NCBI GenBank assembly: GCA_963667465.2
Contig: CAXXDN010000002.1
Coordinates: 1,760,001 to 1,824,000 of the forward strand
Reading direction: 5' to 3'
Length of the DNA stretch: 64,000 nucleotides
Source of the DNA: Dehalococcoidia bacterium
Lineage (GTDB): Bacteria > Chloroflexota > Dehalococcoidia > UBA2979
Of this stretch, positions 48,443-57,443 are shown piece after piece. A program made the position numbers and the translations under genes. The stretch's first letter is position 1. Each line of letters opens with the position of its first letter. The notes below the pieces were generated by a model. That model was not told the origin of the DNA and made no database searches. It saw only the letters and a program-made list of their open reading frames with translations.

Positions 48443-49434
48443 GGGGCAGCCTCCTCCGTGGTGGCGGCGAGGGCGTCGAGGTCGAGCGCTGCGATGCGGG
48501 GTGCGAAGACTTCCCGGAATCGTGGCGTCAGATCCACAGCCCAGCGCTTGTGCTGCTCCAGCACAGGTTCGGATGACTCGACGCTCCCATCCTTGTGGGC
48601 GAACACGCGCGAGGCTTGGCGATTGTCCAGTCGCTCCCACGTGAGTTGATCGCCGATCGCCGCTTCGATGGCAGCGCTCTGGTTCTGCAGCTGATCGAAC
48701 GCGGACTTGTTCTTGGCTCGGTCGCCCGTGTCGATGGAGAGTGCGACGCGGAATTGGCCGCTCCCAGTGAACGACCACTGAACGAAGAATCCGGAACGGC
48801 CGGTGCTAAAGTCCATCCCGTTGCCGTGACGCACATTCGCAGGATCCGACTTCGTGAAGTACGGGCTTGCAGTGAGCAGGCGCTGCAGCAGGTCAGCATA
48901 GAACTCGTGGTACGCGATCTGCTTGGCGGTTCGCTCGGTCTGGGTCTCTTTGACAAGCTTCCGCTGGAACTCGCTTGGCCGCGCGACGACATTGAAGCGC
49001 GGCGCAGGTAGCGAATTGCCGATCCGCCACACCTCTAACTCGACTGCGAAGAATGCCACCGCGTCGGTGGTTTGTTCGTTGAGCCAGTGCACTGCTTCGC
49101 GATGCTCATCGCGCACCTCTGGGCTGATCCAGACGACGATCTTCGCGTCGAGGCCAGCGGCGTAGGCGAGCAACTGGCCGAGATGCCCGTGGTCGGTCCG
49201 GTCCAGCTGGTTCTCGACGATGACGACACGATCGCTACCCGACTCCTTGCCGAGCAGATCAAGGCTGAATGCCCCGACTGCCGCTTCGGTCTGCGTGACT
49301 TCGATGTCCATCCCGAGCGCCTCGCCGAGCGAATCGATGTGCTCAGCCAACCAGGGCGTGAAGTCGCTCGCCTCGTTCGGCCAAACATCGCGAGGGTTTA
49401 CGTTCTCGATGCTGCCGAGTTCCGGCTCAACCAT
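48439..49434 (-). CDS. DUF4268 protein, allele A
   Basis: First ~120 aa identical to allele B; C-terminal domain diverged. Confidence 0.88.
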   Translation of the reverse strand: MVEPELGSIENVNPRDVWPNEASDFTPWLAEHIDSLGEALGMDIEVTQTEAAVGAFSLDLLGKESGSDRVVIVENQLDRTDHGHLGQLLAYAAGLDAKIVVWISPEVRDEHREAVHWLNEQTTDAVAFFAVELEVWRIGNSLPAPRFNVVARPSEFQRKLVKETQTERTAKQIAYHEFYADLLQRLLTASPYFTKSDPANVRHGNGMDFSTGRSGFFVQWSFTGSGQFRVALSIDTGDRAKNKSAFDQLQNQSAAIEAAIGDQLTWERLDNRQASRVFAHKDGSVESSEPVLEQHKRWAVDLTPRFREVFAPRIAALDLDALAATTEEAAP

Positions 49435-50975
49435 CACGCCTCCCTCGCCGCGTATCTTCGCAGCGCCGCAACGAGTGCGTCGACCGAGGCGTGGGCGGCG
49501 ACGACTTGCGGCGGCAGGCCCGCCTCGACCGCCGCCTCGGCGGTTTGCGGACCGATGCAGGCGACGACGGCGCCTCGCAAGGCCTCGAGGTCGCCGCCGA
49601 GCAGTTCGGCGAGGTTGCGCACCGTCGAGGACGAGGTGAACGTCACCGCCTCGATCTCGCCGGCGCGTAGTGCGGCCAGCACTCCGGGCGGCGGGTCGGC
49701 CGGCGGGGCCGCGAGGTAGAGCGTGACCTCGTCCACCGAGGCGCCCGCAGCGCGCAGGCGCTCGACCGGCGCCGGGTCGGCGCGCTCCGCTCGCGGCACC
49801 AGCACCCGCGCGCCCTCGACACCAACCCGCACCAGCAGATCGGCGAGGTCCCGGCCGCTCGCGCGCTCCGGCATCAGGTCCGGCGCTAGCCCGCGCGCTT
49901 CGAGGGCGCGTGCCGTCGCAGCGCCGACGGCGGCGATGTGCGCGCCGGCGAAGAGGCGCGCGTCCTCGCCCGCCTCATGCACGAGGTCGAACCAGGCCTC
50001 GACGGCGTTGCCGGAGGTGAAGACGACCCAGTGGTAGGCGTCATCGAGCAGTGCTTCCATGGCGGCGTCGACCGCCTCGGGGTCGGCGCGGCGCGCGATC
50101 TCGATCGCGGGCAGCAGCACCGGCTCGGCGCCCTCGGCGCGCAGCGCTTCGGCGAGACTCGATGCCTGGCGGCGCGTGCGCGTGACCAGCACGCGCCAGC
50201 CCGCCAGCGGGCGGCGCAGCGCCGGCGCGAGGCGCTCGCGCAGCGCGACGACCTCGCCGACGACGAGCAGCGCGGGCGGCTCCACCTCGGCCGTGCGCGC
50301 CGACTCGGCGATGCAATCGAGCGGCGCCTCGACCACGCGCTGGCGCGGCGTCGTCGCCTCGACGATCAGTGCGCTCGGCGTCGCGGGCGCGCGTCCGCCC
50401 TCGATCAGCGCGCGGGCGATGCCCTCGAGGCGGCCGACACCCATCAGCACGACGAGCGTGTCGACCGCCGTCGCCAGCTCCGCCCAGCGCACCTGCGCGG
50501 CGGGCTTGGTGGGATCCTCGTGGCCCGTGACGACCGCGAAGCTTACGGCGACGCCGCGGTGCGTGACGGGGATGCCGGCCGCCGCCACCCCGCCGATCGC
50601 CGAGGTCACACCCGGCACGACGGTCGCCTCGAGGCCCGCCTCGGCGAGCGCCTCCAGCTCCTCGCCGCCGCGCCCGAAGACGAAGGGGTCGCCGCCCTTG
50701 AGGCGCACGACACGCTTACCGGCGCGCGCCTGGGCGACGAGCGCGGCGTTGATCTCGTCCTGCGTCATCGCCGACCCACCCGGCGCCTTGCCAGCGTTGA
50801 TCAGCTCCGCCCCGGGCGCGCACTCCGCAAGCAGTTCGGCTGTGCCGAGGCGGTCGTAGAGCACGACCTCGGCCCCTCGCAGCGCCTCGAGGCCGCCCTG
50901 CGTCACGAGGCCCGGATCGCCCGGCCCCGCGCCGACGAGCCAGACGTGCCCGGCCTCGCGCTGCGGGGCGCTCAT
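49434..50975 (-). CDS. cobA: Uroporphyrinogen-III C-methyltransferase / uroporphyrinogen-III synthase fusion
   Basis: LVGAGPGDP, RLKGGDPFVFGRGGEE, then HemD VLVTR...VFTS.NAV...FTSSSTV. Confidence 0.95.
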   Translation of the reverse strand: MSAPQREAGHVWLVGAGPGDPGLVTQGGLEALRGAEVVLYDRLGTAELLAECAPGAELINAGKAPGGSAMTQDEINAALVAQARAGKRVVRLKGGDPFVFGRGGEELEALAEAGLEATVVPGVTSAIGGVAAAGIPVTHRGVAVSFAVVTGHEDPTKPAAQVRWAELATAVDTLVVLMGVGRLEGIARALIEGGRAPATPSALIVEATTPRQRVVEAPLDCIAESARTAEVEPPALLVVGEVVALRERLAPALRRPLAGWRVLVTRTRRQASSLAEALRAEGAEPVLLPAIEIARRADPEAVDAAMEALLDDAYHWVVFTSGNAVEAWFDLVHEAGEDARLFAGAHIAAVGAATARALEARGLAPDLMPERASGRDLADLLVRVGVEGARVLVPRAERADPAPVERLRAAGASVDEVTLYLAAPPADPPPGVLAALRAGEIEAVTFTSSSTVRNLAELLGGDLEALRGAVVACIGPQTAEAAVEAGLPPQVVAAHASVDALVAALRRYAAREA

Positions 50976-51910
50976 CGGGGCCCGGCCCCGGCGACACCGG
51001 CAGCGCCGAGCTGCTCCGCGAGGCCGCGGCCGAGCGCCTCGGCTTCGTCGGCCGGTCCAGCGGCGTCGCCGAAGCTGACCCCGCCGCCGTCGCCGCCGCC
51101 GTCCCCTGATCCATCCTCATCCGTGCCGATCATCGCGCGCAGCGCCAGCAGTCCATCGGCAAACTGCGCGTAGGCGCCGACGGGTACGGAGCAGCCGCTA
51201 CCCAGCTCGGCGAGGACGCCGCGTTCGGCCTCGACAGCCGCGCGCGTAGGTGCGTCGTCGCTGCCCGCCAGCAGCTCGCGCGTCGCCGCGTCGTCGCTGC
51301 GGCACTGCACGGCGAGCGCGCCCTGCCCGGGCGAGGGCAGGAATTCCATCGGCTCGAACAGCTGGGTCGCCTCCCCGAGCCGTCCGAGGCGCGCGAGTCC
51401 TGCCGCCGCCAGCACGACGGCGTCGTACTCGCCGCTCTCCACCTTGCCGAGGCGGGTGTCGACGTTGCCGCGGATCGGGGCGACCTCGATGTCCGGGCGC
51501 AGCGCGCGCAGCAGCAGCGCGCGGCGCCGCGATCCGCTGCCGACGCGCGCCCCCGCGGGCAGCTCGGCGAGCCGCCGCCCGCCGGAGGCGACGAGCACAT
51601 CGCGCGCGTCGCCACGGGGCAGGATGGCGGCCAGCGTCAGCTCCTCGAGGGCGGCGGTGGGCACGTCCTTGAGCGAGTGCACGGCGAGCTCCGCCCGCCG
51701 GTCGAGCAGCGCCTGCTCGACCGCGCGCACGAAGACGCCGCGCCCGCCGATCTCCGTGAGCGGCGAGCTGCGGTCAATGTCGCCCTCGGTGCGGACGCGG
51801 ACGAGCTCGATCTCGATGCCGGGGTGGGAGGCGCGAAGAGCGCCGGCGACGAGCTCGCTCTGCGCGAGCGCCAGGCGCGATCCGCGCGTGGCGAGGCGCA
51901 GCCGGGTCAA
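50972..51910 (-). CDS. hemC: Hydroxymethylbilane synthase
   Basis: ATRGSRLALAQ, AVHSLKDVP, IRGNVDTRL, GCSVP; TTG start overlaps the hemA stop. Confidence 0.96.
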   Translation of the reverse strand: MTRLRLATRGSRLALAQSELVAGALRASHPGIEIELVRVRTEGDIDRSSPLTEIGGRGVFVRAVEQALLDRRAELAVHSLKDVPTAALEELTLAAILPRGDARDVLVASGGRRLAELPAGARVGSGSRRRALLLRALRPDIEVAPIRGNVDTRLGKVESGEYDAVVLAAAGLARLGRLGEATQLFEPMEFLPSPGQGALAVQCRSDDAATRELLAGSDDAPTRAAVEAERGVLAELGSGCSVPVGAYAQFADGLLALRAMIGTDEDGSGDGGGDGGGVSFGDAAGPADEAEALGRGLAEQLGAAGVAGAGPR

Positions 51911-53199
51911 GGCGCCGCTGGCGGATCCGCCGGCTCGTCGAGGCGGAAGAGCTGCCGGACCGCATCCACGTAGACATCGCGGTCGCCGCGCTCGCGCAGG
52001 GCGGAGATCGGGTCGTGGAGGATGCGGCGCACGAGCGCCTTCGTCATTGCCTCGATGCGCTCGCGTTCGCCCTCGTCGAGGTCGAGCCGCCGCAGCGTGC
52101 GCTCCAGCTCGCCCTGCCGCAGCTGCTCGGCTCGCTCGCTGAGCGCGGCGATCGTGGGGGCGACCTGGAGGTGCTCCCACCACTCGAGGAAGCGCCCCGT
52201 CTCCTCCTCGACGAGCCGCTCCACGGCCTGCACCTCGGCGGCGCGGGCGTGCGCGTGGGTAGCGGCGATCTCCTGGAGGTCGTCGATGTCGCGGTAGGTC
52301 ACGCCGGGGATGGCGGCGATGCCGGGGTCGCAGGCGCGCGGCACGCCGATGTCGATGATCAGTTGCGGCGCGCCCTCGCGGCGCACGAGCGCGCTGGCGA
52401 CAGGGCCGCTGTTGAGCACGGGCTCCGGCGCGTCGGTGGCGGCGATCACCACGTCGGCCGCGGACAGCTCCGTCCCGAGGCTCTCGTAGGGCACGCTGCG
52501 CCCGCCCAGCTCCTCGGCGAGCGCCTCGGCCCTCGACTCCGTGCGGTTGCTGACGGCGATCGAACCGATGCCGTGATCGACGAGCGAGGCGGCGGCCAGC
52601 CTCCCCGCCTCGCCGGCCCCGACGACGAGCACGGCCGCGCCGGCCGGGTCGGCGCTCAGCTCCCGCGCCTGCTGCGCGGCGATCGAGGAGATCGAGAGCG
52701 CGCCGTGCCCGATCGCGGTCTCCGTGCGGGCCCGCCGCCCGAGCCGGATCGCGGTGTGGAAGAGCCGCGAGAGCAGCGCCGTGTCGGCGCCGGCCGCGAC
52801 CGTCGCCGCGAACGAGGAGCGCACCTGCCCGAGGATCTCGGACTCGCCGATCACCATCGAGTCGATCCCTGCGGCGACGGCGTAGAGGTGGCTGACCGCC
52901 TCGGCGTCGCGACGCGGCAGCAGGTAGCGGGCGCCGACGTCCGGGCCGACGCCCACGGCTTCGCAGAGGAAGCTCGTGAGTTCGGTCGGCTCGTGATTGC
53001 CCGGCACGTAGAACTCGAGGCGGTTGCAGGTGGCGACGATCGCGCCCGCGCCAAAGCGCTCGGCCACCTCGTGGCGGACGTCCGGCAGCGCCTCGGCGGC
53101 AATCGCGAAGCGTTCGCGCACGGCCAGCGGCGCGTTGCGGTGGCTGACGCCAACCATCGTGAGCATCGCGGCCGGCCCTTCGTTTCGCTCCGCCGTCAT
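51907..53199 (-). CDS. hemA: Glutamyl-tRNA reductase
   Basis: TCNRLE, GIDSMVIGESEILGQV, VVGAGEAG, DIGVPR. Confidence 0.96.
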   Translation of the reverse strand: MTAERNEGPAAMLTMVGVSHRNAPLAVRERFAIAAEALPDVRHEVAERFGAGAIVATCNRLEFYVPGNHEPTELTSFLCEAVGVGPDVGARYLLPRRDAEAVSHLYAVAAGIDSMVIGESEILGQVRSSFAATVAAGADTALLSRLFHTAIRLGRRARTETAIGHGALSISSIAAQQARELSADPAGAAVLVVGAGEAGRLAAASLVDHGIGSIAVSNRTESRAEALAEELGGRSVPYESLGTELSAADVVIAATDAPEPVLNSGPVASALVRREGAPQLIIDIGVPRACDPGIAAIPGVTYRDIDDLQEIAATHAHARAAEVQAVERLVEEETGRFLEWWEHLQVAPTIAALSERAEQLRQGELERTLRRLDLDEGERERIEAMTKALVRRILHDPISALRERGDRDVYVDAVRQLFRLDEPADPPAAP

Positions 53200-53927
53200 G
53201 CCGGCTGCCCCTGCCACTCCGGGATCGCGAGCGGCCGGTCGAGGCCGAGTGACGCCACCAGACGGGCGCGAGCGGCCTCGTACTCTCCGGCGCGCAGCAG
53301 CGATCGCAGTTCGTCGTCGATAGCGGCCTGCCAGGTGTCGTTGCTGATGCGGTTCGGGCAGGCCTCGCAGAGCAGCGGGGGAGGCGGTCGCGTGCGGTCG
53401 CAGCTCGCCGCGCACTGGCGGTCGCGCTCGCGGGCCTGCACGCGCACCTCGGCGAGCAGATCGCCGAGCGCCGTCACCTCGTCGCTCAGGAACTCCTCGA
53501 GGCGCTCGCGCAGCCAGCGCGCCAGCGCCGGGCTCGCACCGCCGGTCGAGGCCGCGAGGGCGATGCGGCCGCGCTTCGCGAGCGAGGGCAGGATGAAGTC
53601 GCAGTTGGCCACGTCGTCGGCGGCGTTGACCCAGATGCCGAGCTCGCGCGCCTCGGCAGCGATGCCAGCGTTCACGGCGCCGTCGTCGGTGGCGATCATC
53701 ACGACCTCGAAACCGCGCACGTCGCCTGCCTCGTAGACGCGCGGGAGCCACGTCGCGCAGCCCTGATCGACAACCTCGCGCACGGGCGGGATCAGCTCGG
53801 GCGCGACGATCGTCACGTCCGCGCCGGCGTCGACGAGCTTGCCGAGCTTCTCGTCGGCGACGCGCCCACCGCCGACCAGCAGCACCTGCCGCCCAGCCAT
53901 CTCCACGAAGATCGGGTAGTAGCCCAC
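53196..53927 (-). CDS. Precorrin-2 dehydrogenase / sirohydrochlorin ferrochelatase (SirC/CysG-N-like)
   Basis: YYPIF, LVGGGRVA..K, VNAADD...CDFILP, STGGASP. Confidence 0.92.
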   Translation of the reverse strand: MGYYPIFVEMAGRQVLLVGGGRVADEKLGKLVDAGADVTIVAPELIPPVREVVDQGCATWLPRVYEAGDVRGFEVVMIATDDGAVNAGIAAEARELGIWVNAADDVANCDFILPSLAKRGRIALAASTGGASPALARWLRERLEEFLSDEVTALGDLLAEVRVQARERDRQCAASCDRTRPPPPLLCEACPNRISNDTWQAAIDDELRSLLRAGEYEAARARLVASLGLDRPLAIPEWQGQPA

Positions 53928-53940
53928 GCCCCTCCTCGTC

Positions 53941-54582
53941 CTAGCCGTCTTGCCCATCGTCGTAGGCGGCGCTGACGCCGAGCAGGACGCGGTCGGCGAG
54001 CCCGCCGATGCGTTCCCGGGCGGCGGCGGCCTCGCGCGCGTCCATGCGGTTGCGCTCCGCCATCTGCTTCGCGGTCTCGTCGAGCGAGCGGCGGAAGAAC
54101 GTGAACGCCTCCATCGCCCGCAGCAACGGCGTATCGCGCTCGACGAGCAGCGCGCCGTAGTGGCGGCCGATCTCGTCGACCTCGTGCTCGATCCCGGCGC
54201 GCGGGCGGCGGCCCGCGATGTACTCGCCGACCAACTCGACGAGCCGGCGTCCGAGGGGGCGCAGCGCCTCGCGCTCGGACTCCTCGATCTCCTGGTACCA
54301 GCCAGTCTCGCCGCGCCCGGCGTCCAGCTTGCGGCGGATCTGCGAGACGGCCGCGCTCCGCAGATCGCCTGCGGGACCCTCGCGCGTCAGCGAGAGCAGG
54401 TCTTCCTCAGCGAAGCGGCGGTGGCCGCCGGGCGTGCGGAAGCAGCGGATCTGGCCCGAGTCCGCCCAGCGGCGCACGGTCGACTGGTTGACGCCGAGGA
54501 TTTCGCAGGCTCGGCCGAGGTTGACCCAGTTCGGCCCGGATCGCTGTCCGGAGCGCGCTGCTGCATCCTGGTTCGATACCAC
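53941..54582 (-). CDS. MerR/excisionase-type HTH regulator
   Basis: ACEILGVNQSTVRRWADSGQIRCFRTPGGHRRF. Confidence 0.88.
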   Translation of the reverse strand: MVSNQDAAARSGQRSGPNWVNLGRACEILGVNQSTVRRWADSGQIRCFRTPGGHRRFAEEDLLSLTREGPAGDLRSAAVSQIRRKLDAGRGETGWYQEIEESEREALRPLGRRLVELVGEYIAGRRPRAGIEHEVDEIGRHYGALLVERDTPLLRAMEAFTFFRRSLDETAKQMAERNRMDAREAAAARERIGGLADRVLLGVSAAYDDGQDG

Positions 54583-54729
54583 GCAAATCTACCTGTCTGA
54601 CGAGAAGACCTGAGAGGTTTCCGTTTCGGCGACCGTAGGGTAGCAACGATGCTCGGTAGGTACGAACTCCTGCCCGCAGCCCCGCGAGGTTTGCGCAGGT
54701 TCGGAGCGCCCTCGGCGGTTCTGCCCCGC

Positions 54730-55920
54730 CTACTCGCGCGGCTCCTTGCGCCCTCGCCGCAGGCCACGCCGGAGCGCCTCGCCGCCGTAGCGCCCGCGAA
54801 TCGCGTCGATCGTGTGATCGACGCTGGCGGCGCGGCGCGCCTCGGCGTCGTCGAAGCCGAGCTGCACCGCGTCCTCGACGAGGTTCGTGGCGCCGAGGCC
54901 GATCAGCCGCACGGGGCGCAGCCGCTCGCGCGCAAGCAGCTCGCCGAGCAGCGCGACGCCAACGCCGGAGAGCTCGTCGGTCAGCTGCACGGGCTGCGCG
55001 ACCGTGCGGCTGCGCGTCAGCGTCGTGAAGTCCGACCAGCGCAGTTTGAGCGTGACCGTACGCGCGCGGCGGCTCTGCTGCCGCAGGTCCGCGCCGACCC
55101 GCTCGGCGTGGGCGCGCAGCACACGGCGCAGCTCGTCGAGGTCGTTCACGTCTTCCTCGAAGGTGACTTCACGCGAGATCGATTTCGCGCCCCGGCCGCC
55201 GTCGCTGACCGGGGCCGGGTCGACGCCGCGCGCGCGGTCGGCGAGCAGCAGTCCGGCCTTGCCGAAGCGCTGCTCCAGCCAGCGCGGGTCGAGCGCCGCT
55301 GCGTCGCCGATCGTGCGCACTCCGAGCGCCGTGAGCTGCTCGCCGAGGCGCGGGCCGACCAGCGGCAGATCGCGCAGCGGCAGCGGCGCGAGGAACTCCG
55401 CGTCTTCGCCGGGCGGCACCTCGAGCAGCCCGTCCGGCTTCGCGCGATCGCTGCCGACCTTGGCGGTGGTGCGCGAGCCGGCGATGCAGGCGGAGACGGG
55501 CAGGTCCAGCTCGTCGCGGGTGCGTTCGCGGACACGCCCGGCGGCGGCCCGCGCGCCCGTGCCGCCCTCGCCGAGGCCGGTCAGGTCCGCATACGCCTCG
55601 TCGATGCCGCCGGGCTCGACGATCGGTGCGCAGTCGCGAAGGATCTCGTGGAAGGCGCGCGAGCAGGCGCTGTAGCGCTCAAGGTCCGGGGGGACGACGA
55701 CCGCCTCGGGGCAGAGCCGGAGCGCCTGCGACATCGGCTGCGCCGAATGGCAGCCGTACTCGCGCGACTCGTACGAGGCGCTGGCGACGACACCGCGCCC
55801 GCCCCGCCCGCCGACGAGCACCGGCTTGCCTCGCAGCGCGGGGTCGCGTGCCCGCTCCACGGACACGAAGAAGGTGTCGAGGTCGAAGTGTGCGATGCGG
55901 CGCGGAAGCGAGCGCTCCAC
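54730..55920 (-). CDS. dinB: DNA polymerase IV
   Basis: HFDLDTFFVSVE, VVASASYESR, GIDEAY, KPDG. Confidence 0.95.
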   Translation of the reverse strand: MERSLPRRIAHFDLDTFFVSVERARDPALRGKPVLVGGRGGRGVVASASYESREYGCHSAQPMSQALRLCPEAVVVPPDLERYSACSRAFHEILRDCAPIVEPGGIDEAYADLTGLGEGGTGARAAAGRVRERTRDELDLPVSACIAGSRTTAKVGSDRAKPDGLLEVPPGEDAEFLAPLPLRDLPLVGPRLGEQLTALGVRTIGDAAALDPRWLEQRFGKAGLLLADRARGVDPAPVSDGGRGAKSISREVTFEEDVNDLDELRRVLRAHAERVGADLRQQSRRARTVTLKLRWSDFTTLTRSRTVAQPVQLTDELSGVGVALLGELLARERLRPVRLIGLGATNLVEDAVQLGFDDAEARRAASVDHTIDAIRGRYGGEALRRGLRRGRKEPRE

Positions 55921-55928
55921 GGTTCAGT

Positions 55929-56382
55929 CTCCACGGGGAGCGTACCGCAACAGCGGTTGCGTGAGCGCATCTCTCTTGTGGGGGGCTGCGCCCCCCACAG
56001 CCCCCATCCCGGACGAGCGGGCGCTGCGCGCCGCTCCGGCCCACCCACCCACCCTCGGATTTTCTTTTCTGTGGGGGCTGCGCCCCCACGCCCCCTCGGA
56101 GCTTCCGAGGGCGCACCGAACCCCCCGATGACGGGCCGGCCCTCTCTCCTCCCGCGGGAGGGGGCGGGGGTGAGGGCCCCGACAGACTCCCCGAGACCGC
56201 ACCTCACCCGCGAGCGCAAGGCGCGCGTCGTTCGTGGGGGGCTGCGCCCCCTCTCCCCCCTCGGAACCATCGAGGGCGCACCGAATCCCCGAGGCAGATC
56301 CGGCCCCCTCTCCCCCCGCGGGAGGGGGCGGGGGTGAGGGGGAGCGAGCGCAGCTCGCCACTCCGACGCTCCACGGGGAGCG
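55929..56382. repeat. Composite REP/MITE-like intergenic region
   Basis: CTCCACGGGGAGCG at 55929..55942 and 56369..56382; three GGGGGCTGCGCCCCC hairpins; duplicated modules at about 56071..56179 and 56234..56342. Confidence 0.75.
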
Positions 56383-56477
56383 AAACGAGCGGCGACGAAA
56401 GGTCCCCCCTCGAGGGGGGCCGCGGGCGGGCGCTCTCCCGTGGGAAAGCCAGGGCGCGGAGAATCGGGTGAGGGCGG

Positions 56478-56933
56478 CTAGAGGCCGCGCTTCGCGGGGA
56501 TCACTTCCTGTTGCACGGCTTCGTCCGGGGCGTGGCCGTTGCCGGGCGGGGCCGTCTCCAGCTCCGTCTCGATCTCTACGACGACGCCCTCGGCGACGGA
56601 CTCAGCTCCGGCTTCGGAGGTCTCTTCGTCGTCGTCGTTGCTGTTGGTCCAGGGCTCGCGCTCGTCCTTCTGGCCGGCGAGCTCCTCCTCGGTGAGGGAG
56701 GCGATCGCCTCCTCCTCGCTCTGGCCGCTGCGCAGCCGCCGCGCGATCGCGACGCCGGCGAGCACCAGCAGCGACGAGGAGACCGCCGCGCCGCCGGCGA
56801 TGAACTTGTGACGCTTCACCAGGTCCGGGAAGCGATCGAGGCCGCGGTGCGCCAGCCGCACGGCGTCGGTCGCCGTGCCCTGCAGACGTTCGCCGCCGCT
56901 GGGGTGCTTGAGTTCGTCGGGGAGCTTGCTCAT
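56478..56933 (-). CDS. Hypothetical membrane-anchored protein
   Basis: One TM helix, acidic tail, AGGAG RBS. Confidence 0.7.
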   Translation of the reverse strand: MSKLPDELKHPSGGERLQGTATDAVRLAHRGLDRFPDLVKRHKFIAGGAAVSSSLLVLAGVAIARRLRSGQSEEEAIASLTEEELAGQKDEREPWTNSNDDDEETSEAGAESVAEGVVVEIETELETAPPGNGHAPDEAVQQEVIPAKRGL

Positions 56934-56977
56934 CCTCGTGTCTCCTGTGCCTGGGGCGCCGCGGCGGCGGCGAGGCC

Positions 56978-57442
56978 TCAGCCGATCTTCCGGAACAGGT
57001 TGGCCATCTCGAGCGCCGCTCGCATGGCCTCGTCGCCCTTGTTGCCCGCGGATCCGCCGGAGCGGGCCCGCGCCTGCGCCATGGTGTCGCAGGTGAGTAC
57101 GCCGAAGGCTACGGGCAGATTAAATTCCTGCGAGACCATCGTAAGCCCTCGCGCCGCCTCGCTGCACACATAATCGAAGTGCGGCGTCTCGCCGCGCACG
57201 ACCGCACCGAGGCAGACGATCGCGTCGTAGCCTCCCACGCCCGCCAGCCGTCGCGCTGCCTGCGGCAGCTCGAACGCACCCGGCACGCGCACCACGTCGA
57301 GCGCGTCGTCGCCGACGCCGCGGTCCCGAGCAGTCGCGAGCGCGCCGCGCAGCAGCGGCTCCGTCACGATCTCGTTGAAGCGCGCGACGACGACCGCGAT
57401 GCGCAGATCCGATCCGTCCAGACCGCCCTCGTAGCTGGCCAC
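56978..57442 (-). CDS. ribH: 6,7-dimethyl-8-ribityllumazine synthase
   Basis: VARFN, VPGAFELP, VRGETPHFDYV, GNKG. Confidence 0.97.
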   Translation of the reverse strand: MASYEGGLDGSDLRIAVVVARFNEIVTEPLLRGALATARDRGVGDDALDVVRVPGAFELPQAARRLAGVGGYDAIVCLGAVVRGETPHFDYVCSEAARGLTMVSQEFNLPVAFGVLTCDTMAQARARSGGSAGNKGDEAMRAALEMANLFRKIG

Positions 57443-57443
57443 G

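Larger units (their letters stand above)
47041..49529. repeat. Tandem duplication of about 1.24 kb (47041..48284 and 48280..49529) with TCGAC at both ends and at the junction
   Basis: Unit = hemB 5' end + DUF4268 gene + cobA-hemD 3' end; offsets 1239 and 1245 bp. Confidence 0.92.
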
